DNA of 64,000 nt from Eledone cirrhosa (lineage: Eukaryota): positions 135,408,001 to 135,472,000 of the forward strand of contig OZ024743.1 of NCBI GenBank assembly GCA_964016885.1. Direction: 5' to 3'. Every line of letters begins with the position of its first letter. Position 1 is the first letter of the stretch. The position numbers were made by a program, and so were the translations under genes. Shown piece by piece: positions 51,201 to 61,560 of the stretch. The notes below the pieces were generated by a model that had not been told where the DNA came from, searched no databases, and saw only the letters and a program-made list of their open reading frames with translations.

Positions 51201-53110
51201 TGCTTGGTGCTTGGTGTTTGGTGCTTGGTGCTTGGTGCTTGGTGTTTGGTGCCTGGTGCATGGTGATTAGTGTTTGTTGTTTGGTGCTTGGGGTTTTGTG
51301 GTTGGTGCTTGGTGCTTGGTGTTTGGTGTTTGGTGTTTGGAGTTTGGTGCTTGGTGTTTGGTGCTTCGGTCTTGGTGCTTGGTGTTTGGTGCTTGGTGCT
51401 TGGTGTTTGGTGCTTGGTGCCTGGTGCTTGGTGTTTGGTGCATGGTGCTTGGTGTTTGGTGATTGGTGCTTGGTGTTTGGTGCTTGGTGCTTGGTGCTTG
51501 GTGCTTGGTGTTAAGTGTTTGGTGCTTGGTGCTTGGTGTTTGATGTTTGGTGCTTGGTGCTTGGTGTTTGGTGTTTGGTGCTTGCTGCTTGGTGTTTGGT
51601 GTTTGGTGCTTGCTGCTTGCTGCTTGGTGTTTGGTGCTTGGTGATTGGTGTTTGGTGTTTGGTACTAGGGGCTTGGTGCTTGGTGCTTGGTGTTTGGTGC
51701 TTGGTGCTTGCTGTTTGGTGTTTGGTGCTTGGTGCGTGGGACTTCGTGTTTGGTGTTTGGTGCTTGGTGTTTGGTGCTTGGTGTTTGGGGCTTGGTGTTC
51801 GTTGCTTGGTGTTTGGTGCTTCGTGCTTGGTGTTTGGTGTTTGGTGCTTGGTGCTTGGTGTTTGATGTTGGGTCCTTGGTGCTTGGTGTTTGGTGTTTGG
51901 TGCTTGGTGTTTGGTGTTTGGTGCTTGCTGCTTGCTGCTTGTTGTTTCGTTCTTTGTGATTGGTGCTTGGTGCTTGGTGTTTGGTGCTTGGTGCTTGGTG
52001 TTTGGTGTTTGGTGCTTGGTGCTTGGGGCTTGGTGTTGGTACTTGGTGCTTGGTGCTTGGTGTTTGGTGCTTGGTGCTTGGTGCTGGGTGGTTGGAGTTT
52101 GGTGCTTGGTGCTTGGTGTTTGTGGCTTGGTGCTTAGTGCTTGTTGTTTGGTGCTTGGTGCTTGGGGCTTGGTCTTTGGTTCTTGGTGTTTGGTGTTTGG
52201 TGCTTGGTGCTTGGTGTTTGGTGCTTGGTGCTTGGTGCTGGGTGGTTGGTGTTTGGTGATGGGGTCTTGGTGTTTGGTGCTTGGTGCTTGGTGCTTGGTG
52301 CTGGGTGGTTGGTGCTTGGTGCTTGGTCTTTGGTTCTTGGTGTTTGGTGTTTGGTGCTTGGTGCTTGGTGTTTGGTGCTTGGTGCTTGGTGCTTGGTGTT
52401 TGGTGCTTGGTGCTTGGTGATTAGTGTTTGTTGTTTGGTGCTTGGGGTTTGGTGGTTGGTGCTTGGTGCCTGGTGCTTGTTGTTTGGTGTTTGGTGCTTG
52501 GTGCTTGGTGCTTGGTGTTTGGTGCTTGGTGCTTGGTATATGGTGTTTGGTGCTTGGTGTTTGGTGTTTGGTGCTTGGTGCTTGGTGCTTGGTGTTTGGT
52601 GTTTGGTGTTTGGTTCCTGGTGATTGGTGTTTGGTGCTTGGTGTTTGGTGTTTGATGTTTGATGCTTGGTGTTTGCTGTTTGGTGTATGGTGCTTGGTTT
52701 TTTGTGTTTGGTGCTTGGTGCTTGGTGCCTGGTGCTTGGTGCTTGGTGCTTGTTGTTTGGTGCTTGGTGCTTGGTGATTAGTGTTTGGTGGTTGGTGCTT
52801 GCGGTTTGGTGTTTGGTGCTTGGGGTTTGGTGTTTGGTGCTTGGTGCTTGGTGTTTGGTGCTTGGTGCTTGGTGCTTGGTCTTTGGTGCTTGTTGCTAGG
52901 TGTTTGGTGCTTGGTGCTTGGTGTTTGGTGCTTGGTGTTTGGTGCTTGGTGCTTGGTGCTTGGTCCTTGGTGTTAGGTGTTTGGTGCTTGGTGCTTGGTG
53001 TTTGATGTTTGGTCCTTGGTGCTTGGTGTTTGGTGTTTGGTGCTTGGTGCTTGGTGTTTGGTGTTTGGTGCTTGCTGTTTGGTGCTTGGTGTTTTGTGTT
53101 TGGAGTTTGG
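41830..53110. repeat. Higher-order repeat of about 2.9 kb built from two related sub-monomers (about 1.18 and 1.7 kb) (domain C)
   Basis: Marker GGGACTTCRTG at 41979, 43161, 44862, 45484, 46666, 48346, 49520, 50556 and 51738 gives spacings of 1182, 1701, 622, 1182, 1680, 1174, 1036 and 1182. Confidence 0.85.
44460..45700. repeat. Local tandem duplication of 622 bp
   Basis: ORF pairs 44660/45282, 44692/45314 and 44832/45454; GGGACTTC at 44862/45484. Confidence 0.88.
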
Positions 53111-56100
53111 TGCTTGGTGCTTGGTCTTTGGTGCTTGGTGTTTGGTGTTTGGTGCTTGGTGCTTTGTGTTTGGTGCTTGGTGATTAGTGTTTGGTGCTTG
53201 GTGCTTGGGGTTTGGTGTTTGGTGCTTGGTACTTGGTGTTTGGTGCTTGGTGTTTGGTGTTTGCTGTTTGGTGTTTGGTGTTTGGTGTTTGCTGTATGGT
53301 GTTTGCTGTTTCGTGTTTGGTGTTTGCTGTTTGGTGTTTGGTGTTTGCTGTTTGGTGTTTGGTCTTTGGTGCTTGGTGTTTGGTGCTTGGTGCTTGGTGT
53401 ATGGTGTTTGGTGCTTGGTGTTTGGTGTTTGGTGCTTGGTGCTTGGTGCTTGGTGTTTGGTGTTTGGTGTTTGGTGCTTGGTGTCTGGTGCTTGGTGTTT
53501 GGTGTTTGGTGTTTGGTGCTTGGTGTTTGGTGTTTCGTGTTTGGTGTTTGGTGCTTGTTGCTTGGTACTTGGTGCTTGGTGTTTGGTGCTTGGTGCTTGG
53601 TGTTTGGTGCTGGGTGCTTGGTGTTTGGTGCTTGGTGCTTGGTGCTTGGTGTTTGGTGTTTGGTGCTTGGTGCTTGGTGCTTGGTGTTTGGTGTTTGGTG
53701 CTTGGTGTTTTATGCTTGGTGTTTGATATTTGGTGCTTGGTGCTTGGTGTTTGGTGCTTGGTGCTTGGTGTTTGTACTTGGTGCTTGGTGCTTGGTTCTT
53801 GGTGTTTGGTGCTTGGTGCTTGGTGCTTGGTGCTTGGTGTTTGGTGCTTGGTGTTTGGTGCTTGGTGTTTGGTGCTTGGTGCCTGGTGCTTGGTGCTTGG
53901 TGTTTGGTGCTTGGTGTTTGGTGCTTGGTATTAGGTGTTTGGTGCTTGGTGCTTGGTGTTTGGTGTTTGGTGCTTGGTGTTTGGTGCTTGGTGCTTGGTG
54001 TTTGGTGTTTGGTGCTTGGTGTTTGGTGCTTGGTACTTGGTGCTTGGTGCTTGGTGTTAGGTGTTTGGTGCTTGGTGCTTGGTGTTTGGTTTTTGGTGCT
54101 TGGTGCTTGGTGTTCGGTGTTTGGTGCTTGCTGCTGGCTGCTTGGTGTTTGGTGCTTGGTGATTGGTGCTTGGTGTTTGGTGCTTGGTGTTTGGTGTTTG
54201 GTACTAGGTGCTTGGTGCTTGGTGTTTGGTGCTTGGTGCTTGGTGTTTGGTGTTTGGTGCTTGGTGCTTGGTGTTTGGTGCTTGGTGCTGGGTGCTGGGT
54301 GGTTGGTGTTTGGTGTTTGGTGTTTGGTGCTGGGTGCTTGGTGTTTGGTGCTTGGTGCTTGGTCTTTGGTGTTTGGTGTTTGGTGTTTGGTGCTTGGTGC
54401 TTGGTGCTTGGTGTTTGGTGCTTGGTGCTTGGTGTTTGGTGCTTGGTGCTTAGTGTTTGGTGCTAGGTGCTTGGGGTTTGGTGTTTGGTGCTTGGTGCTT
54501 GGTGTTTGGTGCTTGGTGCTCGGTGTTTGGTGTTTGGTGCTTGGTGCTTGGTGTTTGGTGTTTGGTGTTTGCTGTTTGGTGTTTGGTGTTTGGTGTTGGC
54601 TGTATGTTATTTGCTGTTTGGTGTTTGGTGTTTGGTGTTTGGTGCTTGGTGCTTGGTGTTTGGTGTTTGGTGCTTGGTGCTTGGAGTTTGGTGTTTGGTG
54701 CTTGGTGCTTGGTGTTTTGTGTTTGGTGTTTGGTTTTTGGTGCTTGGTGCTTGGTGCTTGTTGCTTGGTCCTTGGTGTTTGGTGCTTGGTGCTTGGTGTT
54801 TGTACTTGGTGCTTGGTGCTTGGTGTTTGTTTCTTGGTTCTTGGTGTTTGGTACTTGGTGCTTGGTGCTTGGTGCTTGGTGTTTGGTGTTTGGTGCTTGG
54901 TGTTTGGTGCTTGGTGCTTGGTGCTTGGTGTTAGGTGTTTGGTGCTTGGTGCTTGGTGTTTGGTGCTTGGTGTTTGGTGTTTGCTGTTTGGTGTTTGGTG
55001 CTTGGTGTTTGGTGTTTGCTGTTTGGTGTCTGCTTTTTGGTGTTTGGTGTTTGCTGTATGTTGTTTGCTGTTTCGTGTTTGGTGTTTGCTGTTTGGTGTT
55101 TGGTGTTTGCTGTTTGGTGTTTGGTCTTTGGTGCTTGGTGTTTGGTGCTTGGTGCTTGGTGTTTGGTGTTTGGTGCTTGGTGCTTGGTGCTTCGTGTTTG
55201 GTGTTTGGTGTATGGTGCTTGGTGTTTGGTGTTTGGTGCTTGGTGCTTGGTGTTTGGTGTTTGGTGCTTGGAGTTTGGTGTTTGGTGCTTGGTGCTTGGT
55301 GTTTGTTGCTCGGTACTTGGTGCATGGTGTTTGGTGCTGGGTGCTTGGTGTTTGGTGCTTGGTGTTTGGTGTTTGGGGCTTCGTGCTTGGGGCTTGGTGT
55401 TTGGTGCTAGGTGCTTGGTGCTTGGTGTTTGGTGCTTGGTGTTTGGTGCTTGGTACTTGGGGCTTGGTGTTTGGTGCTTGGTGCTTGGGGTTTGGTGCTT
55501 GGTGCTTGGTGTTCGGTGTTTGGTGCTTGGTGCTTGGTGCTTGGTGCTGGGTGGTTGGTGTTTGGTGCTTGGTGCTTGGTATTTGGTGCTTGGTGCTTGG
55601 TGCTTGGTGTTTGGTGCTTGGTGCTTGGTGCTTGGTCTTTGGTGCTTGGTGTTTGGTGTTTGGTGCTTGGTGCTTGGTGTTTGGTGCTTGGTGCTTGTGG
55701 TTTGGTGTTTGGTGCTTGGTGCTTGGTGTTTGGTGCTTGGTGCTTGGTGTTTGGTGCTTGGTGTTTCGTTTTTGCTGTTTGGTGTTTGGTGTTTGGTGTT
55801 TGGTGTTTGCTGTTTGCTGTTTGGTGTCTGCTTTTTGGTGTTTGGTGTTTGCTGTATGGTGTTTGGTGTTTGGTGTTTGGTGTTTCCTGTTTGGTCTTTA
55901 GTCTTTGGTGCTTGGTGTTTGGTGCTTGGTGCTTGGTGTTTGGTGTTTGGTTCTTGGTGCTTGGTATTTGGTGCTTGGTGCTTGGTGCTTGTTGTTTGGT
56001 GATTGGTGTTGGTGCTTGGTGTTTGGTGTTTGGTGCTTGGGGCTTGGTGCTTGGTGCTGCGTGCTTGGTGCTTGGTGCTTGGTGCTTGGTGTTTTGTGTT

Positions 56101-59100
56101 TGGTGTTTGCTGTTTGGTGTTTGCTGTTTGGTGTTTGCTGTTTGGTGTTTGGTGCTTGCTGTTGGGTGCTTGGTGTTTGGTGCTTGGTGCTTACTGTTTG
56201 GTGTTTGGTGTTTGGTGCTTGGTGCTTGGGGCTTGGTGTTTGGTGATTGGTGCTTGGTGCTTGGTGTTTGGTGTTTGGTTCATGGTGCTTGGTGCTTGGT
56301 GTTTGTCGCTTGGTACTTGGTGCTTGGTGTTTGGTGCTTGGTATTTGGTGATTGGTGCTTGGTTTTTGGTGTTTGGTGCTTCGTGCTTGGTGTTTGGTGT
56401 TTGGTGCTTGGTGTTTGGTGTTTGGTTCTGGGTGCTTGGTGTTTGGTGCTTGGTGTTTGGTGCTTGGTGCTTGGTGTTTGGTGTTTGGTGTTTGATGCTA
56501 GGTGTTTGATGCTTGGTGCTTGGTGCTTGGTGTTTGGTGCTTGGTGTTTGTACTTGGTGTTTGGTGCTTGGTGTTTTGTGCTTGGTTCTTGGTGTTTGGT
56601 GTTTGGTGCTTGGTGCTTGGTGCTTGGTGTTAGGTGTTTGGTGCTTGGTGCTTGGTGTTTGGTGTTTGTTCCTTGGTGCTTGGTGTTTAGTGCTTGGTGC
56701 TTGGTGTTTGTTGTTTGGTGTTTTCTGCTTGCTGCTTGGTGTTTGGTGCTTGGTGCTTGGTGCTTGGTGTTTGGTGTTTGGTGCTAGGTGCTTGGTGTTT
56801 GGTGTTTGGTGTTTGGTGTTTGATGCTTGGTGTTTGGTGCTTGGTGTTTGGTGTTTGGTGCTTGGTGCTTGCGGCTTGGTGTTTGGTGCTTGGTGCTTGG
56901 TGCTGGGTGGTTGGTATTTGGTGCTTGGTGCTTGGTGTTTGGTGCTTGGTGCTTGGTGCTTGGTCTTTGGTGCTTGGTGCTTGGTGCTTGGTCTTTGGTG
57001 CTTGGTGTTTGGTGCTTGGTGCTTGGTGCTTGGTGTTTGGTGCTTGGTGATTAGTGTTTGGTGCTTGGTGCTTGCGGTTTGGTGTTTGGTGCTTGGTACT
57101 TGGTGTTTGGTGCTTCGTGTTTGGTGTTTGCTGTTTGGTGTTTGGTGTTTGGTGTATGCTGTTTGGTGTCTGCTTTTTGGTGTTTGGTGTTTGCTGTATG
57201 GTGTTTGCTGTTTGGTGTTTGGTGTTTGCTGTTTTGTGTTTAGTGTTTGCTGTTTGGTCTTTGGTCTTTGGTGCTTGGTGTTTGGTGCTTGGTGCTTGGT
57301 GTTTGGTGTTTGGTGCTTGGTGTTTGGTGTTTGGTGCTTGGTGCTTGGTGTTTGGGGTTTGGTGTTTAGTGCTTGGTGTTTGGTGTTTGGTGTTTGGTGC
57401 TTGGTGCTTGGTGTTTGGTGTTTCGTGTTTGGTGTTTGGTGCTTGTTGCTTGGTGCTTGGTGCTTGGTGTTTGGTGCTTGGTGCTTGGTGTTTGGTGCTT
57501 GGTGCTTGGTGTTTGGTGTTTGGTGCTTGGTGCTTGGTGTTTGGTGTTTGGTGTTATATGCTTGGTGCTTGGTGCTTGGTGTTTGGTGCTTGGTGCTTGG
57601 TGTGTGGTGCTTGTTGCTTGGTACTTGGTGCTTGGTGTTTGGTGCTTGGTGCCTGGTGTTTGGTGCTTGGTGCTTGGTGCTTGGTGTTTGGTGCTTGGTG
57701 CTTGGTGTTTGGTGTTTGGTGCTTGGTGTTTGGTGTTTGGTGTTTGGTGCTTGGTGCTTGGTGTTTGGTGCTTGGTGCTTGGTGTTTGGTGTTTCGTGTT
57801 TGGTGTTTGGTGCTTGTTGCTTGGTGCTTGGTGTGCTTGGTGCTTGGTGCTTGGTGCTTGGTGTTTGGTGTTTGGTGCTTGGTGCTTGGTGTTTGGTGTT
57901 TGGTGTTATATGCTTGGTGTTTGATGCTTGGTGCTTGGTGCTTGGTGTTTGGTGCTTGGTGCTTGGTGTTTGTACTTGGTGCTTGGTGCTTGGTTCTTGG
58001 TGTTTGGTGCTTGGTGCTTGGTGATTGGTGCTTGGTGTTTGGTGCTTGGTGTTTGGTGCTTGGTGTTTGGTGCTTGGTGCCTGGTGCTTGGTGCTTGGTG
58101 CTTGGTGTTTGGTGCTTGGTGTTTGGTGCTTGGTGTTAGGTGCTTGGTATTTGGTGCTTGGTGCTTGGTGTTTGGTGTCTGGTGCTTGGTGTTTGGTGCT
58201 TGGTACTTGGTGCTTGGTGCTTGGTGTTAGGTGTTTGGTGCTTGGTGCTTGGTGTTTGGTTTTTGGTGTTTGGTGCTTGGTGTTTGGTGTTTGGTGCTTG
58301 CTGCTGGCTGCTTGGTGTTTGGTGCTTGGTGATTGGTGCTTGGTGTTTGGTGCTTGGTGTTTGGTGTTTGGTACTAGGTGCTTGGTGCTTGGTGTTTGGT
58401 GCTTGGTGCTTGGTGTCTGGTGTTTGGTGTTTGGTGCTTGGTGCTTGGTGTTTGGTGCTTGGTCTTTGGTGCTTGGTGTTTGGTGCTTGGTGCTTGGTGT
58501 TTGGTGCTTAGTGCTTGGTGATTAGTGTTTGGTGCTTGGTGCTCGTGGTTTGGTGTTTGGTGCTTGGTGCTCGGTGTTTGGTGCTTGGTGCTTGGTGTTT
58601 GGTGCTTGGTGTTTGGTTTTTGCTGTTGGCTGTTTGGTGTTTGGTGTTTGCTGTTTGCTGTTTGGTGTCTGCTTTTTGGTGTTTGGTGTTTGCTGTATGG
58701 TGTTTGCTGTTTCGTGTTTATTGTTTGCTGTTTGGTGTTTGGTGTTTGGTGTTTCCTGTTTGGTCTTTAGTCTTTGGTGCTTGGTGTTTGGTGCTTGGTG
58801 CTTGGTGTTTGGTGCTTGGTGGTTGGTGCTTGTTGTTTGGTGATTGGTGATTGGTGCTTGGTGTTTGGTGGTTGGTGCTTGGGGCTTGGTGTTTGGTGCT
58901 GCGTGCTTGGTGCTTGGTGCTTGGTGCTTGGTGTTTTGTGTTTGGTGTTTGGTGTTTGCTGTTTGGTGTTTGGTGTTTGGTGTTTGCTGTTTGGTGTTTG
59001 TTGTTTGGTGCTTGGTGTTTGGTGCTTGGTGCTTGGTGTTTGGTGTTTGGTGTTTGGTGCTTGGTGCTTGGGGCTTGGTGTTTGGTGCTTGGTGCTTGGT

Positions 59101-59399
59101 GCTTGGTGTTTGGTGTTTGGTGCTTGGTGTTTGGTGCTTGGTGCTTGGTGCTGGGTGTTTGGTGCTTGGTGCTTGGTGTTTGGTGCATGGTGCTTGGTTT
59201 TTGGTGTTTGTCGCTTGATGCTTGGTGCTTGGTGTTTGGTGCTTGGTGTTTGGTGTTTGGTGCTTGGTGCTTGGTGTTTGGTGTTTGGTGCTTGGTGCTT
59301 TGTGTTTGGTGTTTGGTGCTTGATGTTTGGTGTTTGGTGCTTGGTGCTTGGTGTTTGTTGCTTGGTACTTGGTGCATGGTGTTTGATGCTTGGTGTTTG

Positions 59400-61560
59400 A
59401 TGCTTGGTGCTTGGTGTTTGGTGCTTGGTGTTTGTACTTGGTGCTTGGTGCTTGGTGTTTTGTGCTTGGTTCTTGGTGTTTGGTGTTTGGCGCTTGGTGC
59501 TTGGTGTTAGGTGTTTGGTGCTTGGTGCTTGGTGTTTGGTGTTTGGTCCTTGGTGCTTGGTGTTTAGTGCTTGGTGCTTGGTGTTTTTTGTTTGGTGCTT
59601 TCTGCTTGCTGCTTGGTGTTTGGTGCTTGGTGATTGGTGCTTGGTGTTTGGTGCTTGGTGCTTGGTGTTTGGTGTTTGGTGCTAGGTGCTTGGTGTTTGG
59701 TGTTTGGTGTTTGGTGCTTGGTGTTTGGTGCTTGGTACTTGGGGCTTGGTGTTTGGTGCTTGGTGCTTGGTGTTTGGTGTTTGGTGCTTGGGGCTTGGTG
59801 TTTGGTGTTGCGTGCTTGGTGCTTGGTGCTTGGTGCTTGGTGTTTTGTGTTTGGTGTTTGATGCTTGGTGTTTGGTGTTTGGTGTTTGGTGCTTGGTGTT
59901 TGGTGTTTGGTGTTTGGTGCTTGGTGCTTGGTGTTTGATGCTTAGTGCTTGATGCTTGGTGCTTGGTGTTTGGTGCTTGGTGTTTGGTTTTTTGCTGTTT
60001 GCTGTTTGGTGTTTGGTGTTTGCTGTTTGCTGTTTGGTGTCTGCTTTTTGGTGTTTGGTGTTTGCTGTATGGTGTTTGCTGTTTCGTGTTTATTGTTTGC
60101 TGTTTGGTGTTTGGTGTTTGGTGTTTCCTGTTTGGTCTTTAGTCTTTGGTGCTTGGTGTTTGGTGCTTGGTGCTTGGTGTTTGGTGCTTGGTGTTTGGTT
60201 TTTGCTGTTTGCTGTTTGGTGTTTGGTGTTTGCTGTTTGCTGTTTGGTGTCTGCTTTTTGGTGTTTGGTGTTTGCTGTATGGTGTTTGCTGTTTCGTGTT
60301 TATTGTTTGCTGTTTGGTGTTTGGTGTTTGGTGTTTCCTGTTTGGTCTTTAGTCTTTGGTGCTTGGTGTTTGGTGCTTGGTGCTTGGTGTTTGGTGCTTG
60401 GTGGTTGGTGCTTGTTGTTTGGTGATTGGTGCTTGGTGTTTGGTGGTTGGTGCTTGGGGCTTGGTGTTTGGTGCTGCGTGCTTGGTGCTTGGTGCTTGGT
60501 GCTTGGTGTTTTGTGTTTGGTGTTTGATGCTTGGTGTTTGGTGTTTGGTGTTTGGTGCTTGGTGCTTGGTGTTTGGTGTTTGATGCTTGGTGCTTGATGC
60601 TTGGTGCTTGGTGCTTGGTGTTTGGTGCTTGGTGCTTGGTGATTGTACTTGGTGCTTGGTGCTTGGTGTTTGGTGCTTGGTGTTTGGTGCTTGGTGTTTG
60701 GTGTTTGCTCTTTGCTGTTTGGTGTTTGGTGTTTGCTGTTTGGTGTTTGGTGTTTGGTGTTTGCTGTTTGGTGTTTGTTGTTTGGTGCTTGGTGTTTGGT
60801 GCTTGGTGCTTGGTGTTTGGTGTTTGGTGTTTGGTGCTTGGTGCTTGGGGCTTGGTGTTTGGTGCTTGGTGCTTGGTGCTTGGTTGTTTGGTGTTTGGTG
60901 CTTGGTGTTTGGTGCTTGGTGCTTGGTGCTGGGTGTTTGGTGCTTGGTGCTTGGTGTTTGGTGCATGGTGCTTGGTTTTTGGTGTTTGTCGCTTGATGCT
61001 TGGTGCTTGGTGTTTGGTGCTTGGTGTTTGTACTTGGTGCTTGGTGCTTGGTGTTTTGTGCTTGGTTCTTGGTGTTTGGTGTTTGGCGCTTGGTGCTTGG
61101 TGTTAGGTGTTTGGTGCTTGGTGCTTGGTGTTTGGTGTTTGGTCCTTGGTGCTTGGTGTTTAGTGCTTGGTGCTTGCTGTTTTTTGTTTGGTGCTTTCTG
61201 CTTGCTGCTTGGTGTTTGGTGCTTGGTGATTGGTGCTTGGTGTTTGGTGCTTGGTGCTTGGTGTTTGGTGTTTGGTGCTAGGTGCTTGGTGTTTGGTGTT
61301 TGGTGTTTGTTGCTTGGTGTTTGGTGCTTGGTACTTGGGGCTTGGTGTTTGGTGCTTGGTGCTTGGTGTTTGGTGTTTGGTGCTTGGGGCTTGGTGTTTG
61401 GTGTTGCGTGCTTGGTGCTTGGTGCTTGGTGCTTGGTGTTTTGTGTTTGGTGTTTGATGCTTGGTGTTTGGTGTTTGGTGTTTGGTGCTTGGTGTTTGGT
61501 GTTTGGTGTTTGGTGCTTGGTGCTTGGTGTTTGATGCTTGGTGCTTGATGCTTGGTGCTT
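59400..61560. repeat. Direct repeat of about 0.55 kb at offset 1596 bp (228 units)
   Basis: ORF pairs 59404/61000, 59634/61230 and 59686/61282 have near-identical translations. Confidence 0.85.
59985..60400. repeat. Local tandem duplication of 210 bp (30 units)
   Basis: TATTGTTTGC at 60091/60301 and TTTCCTGTTTGGTCTTTAGTC at 60124/60334. Confidence 0.92.

Noticed and set aside
41-51959. Recurrent 35-bp cassette as a CRISPR direct repeat
   Set aside because: Intervening sequences are 0.1-8 kb of the same satellite rather than unique 30-40 bp spacers. There is no palindrome, leader or cas gene.
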